From NCBI GenBank assembly GCA_963755915.1, contig CAVWLP010000003.1:864001-928000 (forward strand): a DNA stretch of 64,000 bases, given 5' to 3'. This stretch comes from an uncultured Phycisphaerales bacterium. Lineage in GTDB: Bacteria; Planctomycetota; Phycisphaerae; Tepidisphaerales; Tepidisphaeraceae. How positions within the stretch are numbered: position 1 is the stretch's first letter; each line of letters starts with the position of its first letter. This document shows positions 10,485 through 22,069 of this stretch, in pieces. Under the pieces are notes generated by a model, which did not search any database, was not told where the DNA came from, and saw only the letters and a list, made by a program, of their open reading frames with translations. A program made the translations under genes and the position numbers.

Positions 10485-11847
10485 CGGCTCGCCCGCGCTC
10501 GACGAGGGGCTGGTGCTTTCGGCCCGGGGCGTCGGAAAGCGGTACAATGTTTACGCCCATCCGCGCCAGCGGATCCTCCAATCCATCCTGGGCGATCGCA
10601 AAAAGTTCTACCACGAGTTCTGGGCCCTGCGCGACGTCTCCTTCGACGTGGCACGCGGCCAGTGCGTCGGAATCGTCGGCCAGAACGGCGCGGGAAAGAG
10701 CACGCTGCTCCAGATCGCCACGGGAATTCTGGCCCCCACCACCGGCACGGTCCTCACCCGCGGGCGGGTCGTCTCCATGCTGGAGCTGGGCAGCGGTTTC
10801 AACCCCGAATTCACTGGCCGGGAAAACGTCTATCTCAACGCCTCGCTGCTGGGCCTGAGCCAGAAGCAGATCGACGGGAAATTCGAGCAGATTGCCGACT
10901 TCGCCGACATCGGCGAGTTCATGGATTCGCCGGTCAAGCAATATTCCAGCGGCATGAACGCGCGGCTGGCGTTTGCCGTTTACAGCTCGCTGGATCCGCA
11001 GCTCCTGGTGGTCGATGAAATCCTCTCCGTCGGCGACGCCCGCTTCCAGGCCAAATGTTTCCGCAGAATCCGCGAACTGCGCGAGGGCGGGACGTCGATT
11101 CTGCTCGTCAGCCATTCTTCCGAGCAGATTCTCCAGCACTGCGAGAGCGCGATTCTGCTGCATCACGGGAAGTGCATGGCGCAAGGTGAGCCGCGCGGCG
11201 TGATCAATCAATACATCGAGCTTCTTTTTGGCCCGGAGAAAACCAAAGAGAAGCCCACCATTAAGCGGCCGGTCGCCGTGAAAACCGAAGTCGCCCCCCC
11301 GCCACCGGGGGATTTGCCGGATCATTCCTTCTTTCGCGAGCATCCTGCCGAGGAATTGTTCGCCACGCGAAACACCTACAACAAATACGAACACCGCTGG
11401 GGCAACGAGGAAGTGCACATTCTCGACTATTTTCTGATGACCGAGGACGGCGAAGCCTATCCGCCTACGGTGGCAATGGATTCAACGGTGAGTCTTTACG
11501 TGAAACTCGTCGCCCACCGCGATGTCGACCTGCCGATTTTTGGACTGAATATCAAAACGAAGGAGGGTGTTTTGCTCTACGGCAGCAATTCCCTCCTGGC
11601 CGCATCCGCAGAACAGCGCCGGCCGCTGAATGCCGGGCAAATCGAAATCGTGCAGTTCAAATGGACGGTCAGATACAACGGCGGCGATTATCTGCTGAGC
11701 GTTGGTCTGGCCAGCGGCGCATCCCTCGACGACGCCATCGCGCTGGATCGAAGGTATGACTCGATCCTGCTACCGGTGCTTCCCAGCAAGAGATTTGTGG
11801 GGCTGGCGGATATGGAACTGGGGATTCAGCGGTTTTCCGCTGGTTGA
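10474..11847 (+). CDS. wzt: Polysaccharide ABC exporter ATPase (Wzt) with a C-terminal carbohydrate-binding domain
   Basis: Walker A GQNGAGKST, YSSGM signature, VVDEILSVGD; about 150-aa Wzt_C-like extension. Confidence 0.93.
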   Translation: MSSNGSPALDEGLVLSARGVGKRYNVYAHPRQRILQSILGDRKKFYHEFWALRDVSFDVARGQCVGIVGQNGAGKSTLLQIATGILAPTTGTVLTRGRVVSMLELGSGFNPEFTGRENVYLNASLLGLSQKQIDGKFEQIADFADIGEFMDSPVKQYSSGMNARLAFAVYSSLDPQLLVVDEILSVGDARFQAKCFRRIRELREGGTSILLVSHSSEQILQHCESAILLHHGKCMAQGEPRGVINQYIELLFGPEKTKEKPTIKRPVAVKTEVAPPPPGDLPDHSFFREHPAEELFATRNTYNKYEHRWGNEEVHILDYFLMTEDGEAYPPTVAMDSTVSLYVKLVAHRDVDLPIFGLNIKTKEGVLLYGSNSLLAASAEQRRPLNAGQIEIVQFKWTVRYNGGDYLLSVGLASGASLDDAIALDRRYDSILLPVLPSKRFVGLADMELGIQRFSAG

Positions 11848-11888
11848 AGCGGCTATGCCGGATTCCAGCGGTCCATTAGGATATTGGC

Positions 11889-12827
11889 ATGACCGCCGTC
11901 AATCCGTGGAATGCCGACGTTCCGAAATCATTCGACTCGATCTGGCTGAACTCCCAGGACGTCATCCGCTGGATTCAGCAGAAAACTTCCCACGACCCAT
12001 CCCTTCACTGGCTGAGGTACGCGATAAAAACCTATTTCGGCCCGGCGCTCAGTTCCCCCGGCCACCCAATCGATCGCCCGGCGCATCGCTGCCTAATCCT
12101 CGGCGCCAACGAGGGTTGGATGGAACGGCTGCTGTGCGAGAGCGGTTTCACCGGCGAGATCATCGCCTCGGACATCGCCGATAAAGCACTGGCCCGGGCC
12201 GAATCGCGGGCAAAGGAACGCGGGTACAACAATATCAAATACGTGGTCGCGGATTTGAACGAGTACAAATTTCAGGGGCCGTTTGATTTCATCATTGCCG
12301 AGGGAGTCCTACATCACATCGTCGAAGTTGAGCGCTGCTTGCAGATGTTGTCCGATTCGCTGGCGCCGGGTGGATTGCTTTTCGCCGCCGAATATGAGGG
12401 CCCGGTGCGGTTTCAGTTGCCGGAGATTCAGGTGCGGTGGATCAATGCGGCCCTGAATCTCCTGCCAAGGGGGCTGCGGCCGCTTCATGCGCAATCCGAT
12501 GAAATATTACCCGCATCGGCGGAGGAAAACAGCAAGTGCTTTTATATCGCGCCGACTGAGCAAAGCATCGCGGATTCAGATCCGTCTGAAGCGATTAGCG
12601 GGCCGATCTTAAAGCAACTGATTCCACAAATCTTCGACGTGGTCGAGCGGAACCCGTTTGGTGGAACCCTCCTGGCCTACATGACGCAGCATTTTGATTT
12701 TGCCAGGGCCAATACCGACGAATTCACCCGTCAATGGCTGAAAGTGCTCATGCACATTGAAGACACCGTGATTCAGACCGGAATACTCCAGGACGACTAC
12801 GTGTTTTACGTGCTTCGAAAGAAATAA
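11889..12827 (+). CDS. Class I SAM-dependent methyltransferase
   Basis: Variant motif I (LILGANEG), DIADKAL, FDFIIAEGVLHH, LAPGG. Confidence 0.8.
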   Translation: MTAVNPWNADVPKSFDSIWLNSQDVIRWIQQKTSHDPSLHWLRYAIKTYFGPALSSPGHPIDRPAHRCLILGANEGWMERLLCESGFTGEIIASDIADKALARAESRAKERGYNNIKYVVADLNEYKFQGPFDFIIAEGVLHHIVEVERCLQMLSDSLAPGGLLFAAEYEGPVRFQLPEIQVRWINAALNLLPRGLRPLHAQSDEILPASAEENSKCFYIAPTEQSIADSDPSEAISGPILKQLIPQIFDVVERNPFGGTLLAYMTQHFDFARANTDEFTRQWLKVLMHIEDTVIQTGILQDDYVFYVLRKK

Positions 12828-12828
12828 A

Positions 12829-14787
12829 TCAGCCTCGCTTGCGGGCCACAAACTGAATCGATATGCACTTGCGGAAGGGAAACTGTTCGTAGGGCATCGC
12901 TCCGCGCCACAGGTTGTGCCCCTGCGGCCCGAGATAAAAGGTTTCCAGTTCGGCCTTCGCTGAAGCAATCAGGTCCTTTATGGCTCCGAGGCAGGCGTCC
13001 CACCCATCGTCAAGCCCCGCCAGGCGATTTTGCAGCGCGTAAATGCGGGCCATCTGCTCGACATGAAACTCGGTCCCGTTCCCATCGATCACGGCGTCGG
13101 CGCAGTGCAGCGAAAGCCCGCCGGGCTTGAGCGCGGCGTCGATCGCCTGATACGCGGCCTCGAGATCCGGCGCTTTGACGTGCTCCAGCACGGAAATGGA
13201 ATAGACGGCGTCAAGCTGCCCCTTCAGCGGCTCGGCCACCGATTGATCGAAGATCGAGCGGATGATCCTCACCCTCGGATAGGCCTTGAGATACCGCGAA
13301 TATTCCGTGGGCCCATGCCCCGATCCGTCATAGGGATCGCAAACTATCACCTTCCACCCCAGCGTCTGCATCAGCGAAGCCGCCAGCGGCTCCCCCGCTC
13401 CGATCTCCAGGATCGTCCCTCCGGGCTTCAGTGCGCCGATCAGCGCTTTCACCGCCCAGGGCCGCTGCACGTCTTTCAGGTCGTTCACGGTGCAGAGAAA
13501 CTTGAGGTTGTCCGCGCTGTCGCAATAGTCGCGCACCGTGGCGACCGACAGGGCCGGAAACTGGGCATCGGAATATCGTTTCAGAAGATTCATAATGTCC
13601 CCTTTTTCGGGAGGGTTGATAGCCAAAGTGGTTCGGCGATTCAATACGTGGCGATAAAGGGCCAGGACTTTCGCCGCCGTCGAGGCCCAGCCGAGGTTGT
13701 TGTCGAAAAACCGCCGGGCGCCGGTGGCAAGCGTCTGGCGGAGCTTCTGGTCGGTCACGATCGCCTTGACCGCGTCCGCGATCGCCGGCCCGTTCGCTTC
13801 GTCCAGAACATACGCATCTTCCCCATGCACGGTCACCAGGCCGATGTTGGTCCTGGGCAGAACCACCGGCCTGCCCAGGGCAAAGAAATCCGGCACCTTT
13901 GACGGAAATCTGAATTCGTTGAACACATCGCAAGACCCGGGCTGAACGAACACATCCGCCTGCGAAAGAATTTCCGCCAGCCGCCCGCGGTCCGGAATGA
14001 ACCCCACCGTCTGCGTAAACTCGGCCGACCAGCGCCGAAACAGAGGATCGACCTCAATGTGATCTTTCCCCATCCGCAGCAGCGTCGCCGGATATCCCTC
14101 GCGGTTCAGCAGCGCCACCGCGAGATAGAGACTGCGCACTTCCCGGAAATTCGCCTGGTGAACATTCCCGTGATAGGCCAGCACGATATGGTCCGGCTTC
14201 ACGCCCAGTTCCGCCCGCAGCGACGGATTCACGTGCCGGGGGTAAAAGTTCCGCTCATCGGTCGAAGGCCAGATCAGATCCGACGGCTTATCGCGCGGGA
14301 TCACGTTCCGCAGCGCGTCGATGATGACGGTGATCCCATCCGCCTCCTCAAGAAACTCCCCCCAATGCTGGGGATGCGAGAGATGCGCCGGAAACCCCTC
14401 CGTCTTCAGTCCCGTCGCAAACTCATCATAAACCCCCTTAAGCTGCGACCGCGCGATGAGCTCCTCGTTGTCCTCCATGTGGACGACGGTGGCAAAGCTC
14501 CGCCCATCCTGGAGGCGCTTGAAGAATTGCCGATTCACCTCCCGCGGCGTCCAGAAGTGGGCAACCTCCGGCCCCCGCCCATCATCAAACGCCACCTGCC
14601 CCGAAATCACCTGGTCAAACGTGCCTGTCTTATACGGCGTGTGCCCCATCAGCTCGCGCTCGGTCGGCTCCGCCGGAACGGCCACGATGCAATCGCACCC
14701 CAGCGCGCAAAGCTCGCGGGCGATGCCGTCCACATGATTGGCGCTGTTGGCCGCGAAACTCTGGTAGAGGCAGAAGAGGACGTTCAC
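12829..14787 (-). CDS. Glycosyltransferase family 4 fused to a C-terminal SAM methyltransferase
   Basis: GTG start at 14787 overlaps the upstream TGA. GT4 motifs ADVFVQPG and FPSKVPDFFALGRPV; MTase motifs ILEIGAG, YSISVLEHV, LKPGG. Confidence 0.82.
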   Translation of the reverse strand: MNVLFCLYQSFAANSANHVDGIARELCALGCDCIVAVPAEPTERELMGHTPYKTGTFDQVISGQVAFDDGRGPEVAHFWTPREVNRQFFKRLQDGRSFATVVHMEDNEELIARSQLKGVYDEFATGLKTEGFPAHLSHPQHWGEFLEEADGITVIIDALRNVIPRDKPSDLIWPSTDERNFYPRHVNPSLRAELGVKPDHIVLAYHGNVHQANFREVRSLYLAVALLNREGYPATLLRMGKDHIEVDPLFRRWSAEFTQTVGFIPDRGRLAEILSQADVFVQPGSCDVFNEFRFPSKVPDFFALGRPVVLPRTNIGLVTVHGEDAYVLDEANGPAIADAVKAIVTDQKLRQTLATGARRFFDNNLGWASTAAKVLALYRHVLNRRTTLAINPPEKGDIMNLLKRYSDAQFPALSVATVRDYCDSADNLKFLCTVNDLKDVQRPWAVKALIGALKPGGTILEIGAGEPLAASLMQTLGWKVIVCDPYDGSGHGPTEYSRYLKAYPRVRIIRSIFDQSVAEPLKGQLDAVYSISVLEHVKAPDLEAAYQAIDAALKPGGLSLHCADAVIDGNGTEFHVEQMARIYALQNRLAGLDDGWDACLGAIKDLIASAKAELETFYLGPQGHNLWRGAMPYEQFPFRKCISIQFVARKRG

Positions 14788-17700
14788 CGGCCGGCTCCTG
14801 CGACGTCGAGGCGATAATTCGTCGAATCGCGATGAAAATTCGGATTGTAAAACGGATCGCCGTGGTCGATGGTCTTTTCCCACCGGTCGAGCAGAAGAAT
14901 CCGATCGGTAAAATCGTATTTCAGCCCGCGGCTGCGCGATTCATAATGCACCAGCCGCGCCGACGCCACGCAGATATTCCGCCACCCCATTGCCCGCAGG
15001 CGCAGGCAAAAATCGAGATCGTCGTAATGTCTTCGAAACCGCTCGGAAAAGCCTCCCGCGAGCATGAATTTCCTTCGGCTGATCATCGCCGCCGCCGCGG
15101 TCACCGCCGTCACCTCCCGCGAACAGGGCATCGACCCGAAGTAACCGTCGCAATCGGACGGGAAACCGCGCATCACATGATCGGCCGTCCCTCGCGGCCC
15201 CAGGATGATCCCGGCGTGCTGCGTCGTCCCGTCGGCATACGTGAGCGTCGCCCCGGCCATCCCCACATCTTCCGCCTGCGCGTGCAGCAGCAAATGCTGA
15301 AGCCAATCCGTCTGGATGATTTCCGTATCGTTGTTCAGCAGCATGAGGTATTCCCCCGTCGCCTGTGCCGCCAATACGTTCATGAACTGCGCGAAATGAA
15401 ATCCCCCCGGCAGGGCCACTTTTCGAATCGGATAGGATTCAAAAATTTTCAGCGCCCGCGGATCGCTCGTCTCGTTATCCCCGATCAAGACCTCGAAATC
15501 CGGATAATTCGTCAGGCGATAGAGCGTCTTCAAGCATCGCCCGATCAGCTCCGGATGATCGCGCGTGGGGATAAGGATGGAGATCTTCGGATAGCTCGCC
15601 CGCGGCCGGGGCAGCAGGTTGACGCGATGGGCGCGTCCGTTTCGCCGCGCCGTCGCGGGAATCGCCATGCGATCCAGGTGGGCCTGCACCGCCTGCTCCT
15701 GAAGGGCTTCGATGCCGTCTTTCGCCTCCGGATCGGCCGCCACGCTGCCGGCGATCGCCCGCCAGTGATAGAGCACGCGGGCGATATGCTCGATCTTCTG
15801 CGTCTTTTCGGAGATTCGCAGCGCCAGCTCATAATCCTGCACCCCGTCGTAAATGCTGTTACACCCTCCGACCTGATGCATCACCTCCCGCCGGACGGCC
15901 AGGAAATGCCCGAGATACATTACGCCGCGGAAATAAACCGGCGACCAGTCCGGCTTGAAAAACGGCTCCGAGCGGCGCTGCGAGCGATCGATCTTGTCCT
16001 GGTCTGTGTAAATGACATCGCAATCCGGCTTGTCGTTGATCCGCGCGACGACGTGATAAAGCGCATCGGTGCCAACTCGTCATCATGGTCCAGGAAGCCG
16101 ATCCACTGCCCGGTCGCCATGTAAATCGCTTCGTTGGTGGCGATCGAAATGTTTCCGTTGCTTTCCCGCGCATGAATTTTGATGCGCTTGTCATCCGCCA
16201 GCTCGTCCAAAATCGCGTGAGCTCCGGCCGATGCGACCCGTCGTCCACGATGCACAGTTCCCACGTCGAATAAATCTGCCGCCGCACCGATTCGACCGCC
16301 CTGGAAAGCAAATCCACGTCGCTTTTATAGACCGGCATCACGATGGAAATCAGCGGCTGATTGGCAAAGGCGCTGCACTGCCGCGCATACTGACCGGCAC
16401 ATCGGTTAAGCCGCCGCTGCTCGGTCTCGACATACTGCTGGTAGTTCGGATGCGCCTGCCGCTGCAGACCGGGGAAATAGGCGGTCCGCCAGACCGACCG
16501 GGCGACAGGCACCCACCGCTTGCCGCATTCCGCCTCGATGACGACGTGATTAAACCCCCTCTGCACGCTGCACTGCACGGCAAACCCGATGTTGGGCGTA
16601 TCCAGCTTCCCATCCAGCGCCGCCTTCACGTCGCGCCGTTCCCCGCCGTAATACCCGATGTGAACCTGCCCGTTGATCCGCGCCCGCACGGCGCTGATCG
16701 CCGTACCGGGGCAATAGCACCATCCGCTGACCAGCGTGCTTTCTTCCGGCATCGTCCATTCACCGGGCACGTCGATCCAGTATTTGATGGGACTGTTCGC
16801 GGCCGCAGTCCAGTTGAAGCTTCGCCGCGGGCGTCCGTGCAGAAGATCATCCCCGATCGATCCAAAACCCGCCCGCAGCGCAAAAACCCTGGAAGCGCTC
16901 ACTTCAAGGTGATGCTTCGCGGCCCAGAACGATTTCGTGACCGAATCCGCGATCCGATACAACCGCGATGCCCGCGACCCCCGCCGGGGCGTCTTTTGCG
17001 CCTGCGGTTTCCCCGTCACGAGCGCCGACGGTACTGAGAAGAATTTTCCACCCCGCCTCGTCGCCCCGCCGAATACCCGATTCACCAATTGCTGAATCTG
17101 CGGCTCGTAAAGATCGATCCAGTACCGGTAATGCGCCCCCGCCGCCACGGTTTGCTGAAGATGCTCCTCCATCAGCATGAACAGCAGGTGCGTCCGCGGG
17201 TCGTCGCGCTTGGCCCCCTTGTCGGGCCAGAACGGAATACTCCAGCCGGTGTAAAACTCGATCCGCAAAACGTCCATCCCCAGCAGCCCCGTCTTGCACG
17301 CCAGGTCAAAATCGACCAGGTACGGCTGCCCCTCGCTGAGCAGAATATTTCGCGGCAGAAAATCGCGAGAGGTCCAGACTGGCGCGTGCCACAGTGGTGG
17401 ATCGGCGCCGAAAATCTGTTTCCGAAAATCATCCTTCTGGGTGCTGGTCAACCGTGATGCGTCGATGGCTGAAACGATCCTGTTTTCGTCGACGCTTCGA
17501 TCCGGCTCGCCCAGCGTATTGGAATAAATCTCGGCTAAAATCCGCGCCACCAGCTTCTCGGCGCTCGATCGCGAAAGCATCTGCCTTCGCACGGCGTCGT
17601 CCAGCCGGGTCCCATCCTGGACGAACTGCTCGATAATGAACCAGTTCCGCTGGTCCTGCGCCGAGTTGAGAACTTCCGGAACCTTCACCGTGCTCAGCGC

Positions 17701-17922
17701 GTGATAGGCCTTCTGCGTCGCGAGAATCGCCTGCGGATCGTACGGCCCATCCAGCGGCAACCGCTTCACGCAGCACAGCGGCTTGCTCGAGCGCTTCACG
17801 ATAAACCGCATCCCCCGCGCCTGCGCGTTTCGATCCCCCGCGTGCACCGAGACCGTCAGGTCCCGGCCATCCGGAAGGTCCCACGCCCCGCGCAACACGT
17901 CGATAATTCCCAGGCGATTCAC
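14784..17922 (-). CDS. Multidomain protein: APH/kinase-like domain + Ig-like domain + two GT2 domains (frameshifts near 16220 and 16065)
   Basis: RDFLPRNILL...LVDFD kinase-like motifs; ISIVMPVY/DDGS/LDHDDEL, FKPDWSP, ISILIPTRD, LLNNDT and DDLDFCLR spread over three frames. Confidence 0.8.
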
Positions 17923-18976
17923 GGCTTCACCAGCATGATTGCATAGGAGGGACAAAACCACTGCGCGATCCCCGAATCCGCAAGCTGTCGATACGCCGAG
18001 CGAACCGCATCCTGGTCCGGCAGCGGCTCGCCGCGGTCGCCATGATGCTCCGTCCAGTCGATCTCCCATTGAAGCAGAAATTCATTCACGTCCTCCAGCG
18101 GAACCAAATGGCGGGGAATCTTATAATCCGGGAAGCACCCATACACCGATTGCACGCCCAGCCCCGCCTCCGCCGCCAGCAGCCGAAGTTGCCCCAGCCC
18201 CCACGTCTTGGTCGGGGTGCGGTCGCCCCCCACCGCGCGCATCATCGCATCCGCCTCCTCCTCGCTGCGATAGCTGAAAAACGGCAAGCTGGTGTGATCG
18301 TCCCGCGCACCCATCAGGTATTTCAGTCCAATGCTGTTTTCGATGCCGATATACAGAATACCACCGGTTTTAAGCGCCGCGCCGCCCGCCGCAGCGCCAA
18401 AACCTGGCACTGCCGAATCGTCTGCGCCGGTCCGCGCCCCGTCCCCACCCATTCCAGCGCCCCGTTGAACAAGGCGATGTCGAACGCCCCCTCCTGAAAC
18501 GGAAACGTGAGGATATTCCCCTTGGCAAACGACAGTTCGACCTCTTCCTGCCCGGCAATAAACCGCAGCGCCCGAAGGCGTTCCAGCGTCAGGTCCAGAG
18601 CCACGACCCTGCACCCCGCCTGCGAGAGGGGGATCGCCAACTGGCCCCAGCCGGAGCCCACGTCCAGACAGGTGCAATCGGGATGAAGATCAAAGAGCTC
18701 CATGGGCGTCGCCCGGCTTGGGTCGGTCACGATCCGGTACAGCCAGGGGTTCTGGTTTTCGTAAAGGTCTTTGATCACCTGTCGCCAGGGGTGTATCGCA
18801 AGCCTCGACAATAGCGTCTTGGTTTGCTCCGCGGGAATGTCCGAATATGTTCCTGCGCTTTGCCCGTCGGTCACGATGCCGTCGGCCGTCGCTGAAACCG
18901 AGTCAATATGGGCGGGATCGACGAACCAGAGTCCGGTTGATTCCAGGGCAGGTTTTTGCGGTTTTTTGACTATCAT
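17919..18976 (-). CDS. Class I SAM-dependent methyltransferase (frameshift near 18370)
   Basis: LDVGSGWG and FNGALEWV, then GGILYIGIENSIGLKY...DDH and FPDYKIP in the next frame. Confidence 0.82.
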
Positions 18977-19151
18977 TCACTTGCCCGCAGCCGCGCCGGG
19001 CATGCGACGATGATTGCTACGAATCCACGGCTCGTTTCATAGTAGTAGAGGGCCATATCGCGGGCAAGATGGCGGGGCGAAGGGGAGTCCCCTGGCCAAT
19101 TTTCGCCCCACAGCTTTACTTATTTCTAATAATCCCGCACATAATCCCCCC

Positions 19152-21938
19152 ATGCGCTTCAACACCATGAGATTCCACAAATTGGGATGGCTCGCTCTTC
19201 TCCTTCTCACTCAGTGCGGCCACACCGCGCCGCAGCCACTGAACACCGGCAAATTCATCACCCCCAGGATGGACACCAACTGGCCAGTCGGCACCATGCC
19301 CATGAGCCTGGCGCTCAGCTCTGACGGCAAATATCTCCTCTGCAGCGACATGGGCTACCACGACGCTCTCTGGTCGATCCGCACGACGGACGGCATCGGG
19401 GTCTCCCACCTTGATTTCGACTACTCCGCCCTGGGCAAAACCCACGCCCCCGCCTCCCAACCCGCCGGTGAAGCCGGCGAAGCGCCGACGCAAGAAGGCT
19501 CAAAGAAAACCATCGGCCTCTATTACGGTCTCACCGTCGCCAGGTCGGGCCTCGTCTATGCGTCGCAGGGAGCCCACGCATCCATTGGAATTTTCTCCGT
19601 CGACCCGGCCGGCCAGCTTACGAAAGTCGGCAGCATCAAAACCGGCCTGGATGATTTCCCCGCCGGGCTGGCAACCGACGGCCGCGGGCTGCTCTACGTC
19701 GCCGACAACGGGTCCGGCTATGCCGACCCATTCAAAATGTCCGGCGGCCTGACGATCTACGACCCTGACGCCAGGCTCCAGCTCGGTCACGTCAGCTTCA
19801 CCCAAAGCCACGGCGGAACCTCGAATTTCCCCTTTGGCATTGCCGTCCTCTCGGACGGCTCAGCCGCCTACCTCGCCTCCGAGCGCGATGACGCCGTCTA
19901 CGCCGTCGATACGAAAGACCCGCAGAATCCGTCCGTGCTTTCGGTGATTCCCGTCGGCGCTCATCCCACGGCCGTTCTGCTCTCCCACGACGAATCGCGC
20001 CTCTTCGTCGCCAATTCTCTTAGCGATACGATCACTGTGATCGACACCGCCCAAAACCGCGCCGTCGACACCATCCTTCTCCGCCCCGACATGGTTCGCG
20101 ATATCCCAGGGGCCACGCCCACCGCCATGGCCCTCTCTCCCGACGGCGGAACCCTTTACGTCGCCCTCGGCGATATGGACGCCGTCGGCGTCGTGGATCT
20201 CGACTCGATGCAGCTTAAAGGGTACGTCCCCGCCGGCTGGTATCCCAGCGCCCTCGCCGTGAGGCCCGACGGCCGGCTCTTCGTCGCCAACGCCAAGGGC
20301 ACGAGCGTTCGAAACCCCAACAACATGCCCGACAAGTTCGACCCCAAACGCGCCAACGCCTACATCCTCAACATCATCAACGGAAACGTCTGCACGGTTC
20401 GGATTCCTCAGGGGGACGAGTTGGACAAGGCGACCGAAACCGTCATGGAAAACAACCGCCTGAACACCCTCTCGGAGGAGGAGCTCAATCCCCTGGCTGA
20501 TATAGACATGAACGCCGGGAAAATCACCCACGTCATCTACATCATCAAGGAAAACCGCACCTACGATCAGGTCCTTGGGGATATGCCCCAGGGCAACGGC
20601 GACAAATCCCTCGTGATTTTCGGCAAAGACGTCACGCCCAACGCGCACGCCCTCGCCGATCGCTTCGTCCTTCTCGACAATCTCTACGCCTGCGGCGAAG
20701 TCAGCGGCGACGGCTGGAACTGGAGCACCCAGGGAATGGCCGACGCCTACGTCGAGCGAAACGTCCCCTACCACTATTCCAGCCGCGGCCGGCATTTCGA
20801 TTTTGAAGGCCAGAACAACGGCTACATCACCGGTGGATTCCCCGCCAAGGACGAAGATGGCAAACCCCTGACCACCCTGCCCTCATTCGCCAAGGGCGCC
20901 CCGCCCATCCCGGATGTCGCCAACACCGGCAGAAATCTCTGGGACATCGCCCGCGACATGCGGGTTTCCATCCGCAATTACGGCTTCTACCTCAGCTTTA
21001 ACGATCGCATTACTGGCCTCGCCGGTGGGCCCGACAATTATCCCACCTCCCCCGGCCTTCAGCCCCCCGGCCACGACCTGGACGGCATCAGCGACATCGA
21101 CTACCGGCGATTCGATCTCGATTTCCCCGACAGCGACGCCCCCGCCCAACTCGCCGCCGCCGGCAATAGCGACGCACTCTATCCCATCACTAAGTACGGC
21201 AAATACGAGGCCCCCTGCCGATTTGCCGAGTGGAACCGTGAGTTCCAGATGATGCTTAACAAATCTCCCGATGGATCGGCGGTCCCGGCATTGATGCTCG
21301 TCCGCATGGGCGAAGACCACACCCGCGGCGCCCAGGCGGGCAGCCACACGCCAAGCTCTTATGTCGCCGACAACGACTACGGCATCGCCGAGCTCGTTCA
21401 GGCTGTCAGCCACAGTTCGATCTGGAACAGCACGGCCATCTTCATCATCGAAGACGACGCCCAGAGCGGCGCCGACCACGTCGACGCCCACCGCACCATC
21501 GGCTTCGTCATCAGCCCCTGGATCAAGGCTCACAGCGTCGACCACCATTTCTACAACACCGACAGCATGCTCAAGACCATGGAGCTGATTCTCGACCTGA
21601 ATCCGATGACCCAATACGACGCCGTCGCCGACCCGATCATGGATTGGGACACGACGCCGTCGAATTCCGCCCCGTACGATGCAATCGCCCCCTCCCCCAA
21701 ACTGATTGCCCAGCGGAATCCCAGGCTCGAAGACCTGACCCAATCCGACCCCCGCCGGGCGATGGAACTTGCCAGCGCCCGGATGGATTTCACCCACGCC
21801 GACGCCGCCCCGGCGCTGGAGCTGGATGAAATTGTCTGGAAAACCGTCAAAGGACCTGATTCCCGGATGCCGGTGCTGCATACGACGCTGTCGAAGCCGG
21901 ATGATAAGGACGGGGATAAGGATGATGATGGCGATTAG
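19152..21938 (+). CDS. Bifunctional YVTN/YncE beta-propeller + alkaline-phosphatase-superfamily phosphoesterase, probable lipoprotein
   Basis: Lipobox-like LLTQC; VGAHP and AGWYP propeller repeats; HVIYIIKENRTYDQV, DND, EDDAQSGADHVDAHR. Confidence 0.9.
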   Translation: MRFNTMRFHKLGWLALLLLTQCGHTAPQPLNTGKFITPRMDTNWPVGTMPMSLALSSDGKYLLCSDMGYHDALWSIRTTDGIGVSHLDFDYSALGKTHAPASQPAGEAGEAPTQEGSKKTIGLYYGLTVARSGLVYASQGAHASIGIFSVDPAGQLTKVGSIKTGLDDFPAGLATDGRGLLYVADNGSGYADPFKMSGGLTIYDPDARLQLGHVSFTQSHGGTSNFPFGIAVLSDGSAAYLASERDDAVYAVDTKDPQNPSVLSVIPVGAHPTAVLLSHDESRLFVANSLSDTITVIDTAQNRAVDTILLRPDMVRDIPGATPTAMALSPDGGTLYVALGDMDAVGVVDLDSMQLKGYVPAGWYPSALAVRPDGRLFVANAKGTSVRNPNNMPDKFDPKRANAYILNIINGNVCTVRIPQGDELDKATETVMENNRLNTLSEEELNPLADIDMNAGKITHVIYIIKENRTYDQVLGDMPQGNGDKSLVIFGKDVTPNAHALADRFVLLDNLYACGEVSGDGWNWSTQGMADAYVERNVPYHYSSRGRHFDFEGQNNGYITGGFPAKDEDGKPLTTLPSFAKGAPPIPDVANTGRNLWDIARDMRVSIRNYGFYLSFNDRITGLAGGPDNYPTSPGLQPPGHDLDGISDIDYRRFDLDFPDSDAPAQLAAAGNSDALYPITKYGKYEAPCRFAEWNREFQMMLNKSPDGSAVPALMLVRMGEDHTRGAQAGSHTPSSYVADNDYGIAELVQAVSHSSIWNSTAIFIIEDDAQSGADHVDAHRTIGFVISPWIKAHSVDHHFYNTDSMLKTMELILDLNPMTQYDAVADPIMDWDTTPSNSAPYDAIAPSPKLIAQRNPRLEDLTQSDPRRAMELASARMDFTHADAAPALELDEIVWKTVKGPDSRMPVLHTTLSKPDDKDGDKDDDGD

Positions 21939-21975
21939 CGCGTCATGGCCCCGACGGCGACAACTTCGCATTTAT

Positions 21976-22016
21976 CCCCTCTCCCAGTAATCTGGGAGAG
22001 GGTTAGGGTGAGGGCC
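21976..22016. repeat. REP-like palindrome, family B; other copies at 38381-38422, 43109-43203, 47296-47336, 50484-50522 and 52436-52476
   Basis: Recurrent ccctc(a/c)ccc(t/c)aaccctc(t/c)ccc-N-ggg(a/g)gaggg hairpin at gene boundaries. Confidence 0.75.
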
Positions 22017-22069
22017 AACGGCGCCTTCACGCGCACCAACAAATATAATTTGGAACAAGTTGACCCGTT

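Noticed and set aside
4949-21971. Long antisense ORFs (e.g. 4949-6409, 14832-16124, 19860-20795, 20883-21971)
   Set aside because: Shadow frames of well-supported high-GC genes, with no motifs of their own.
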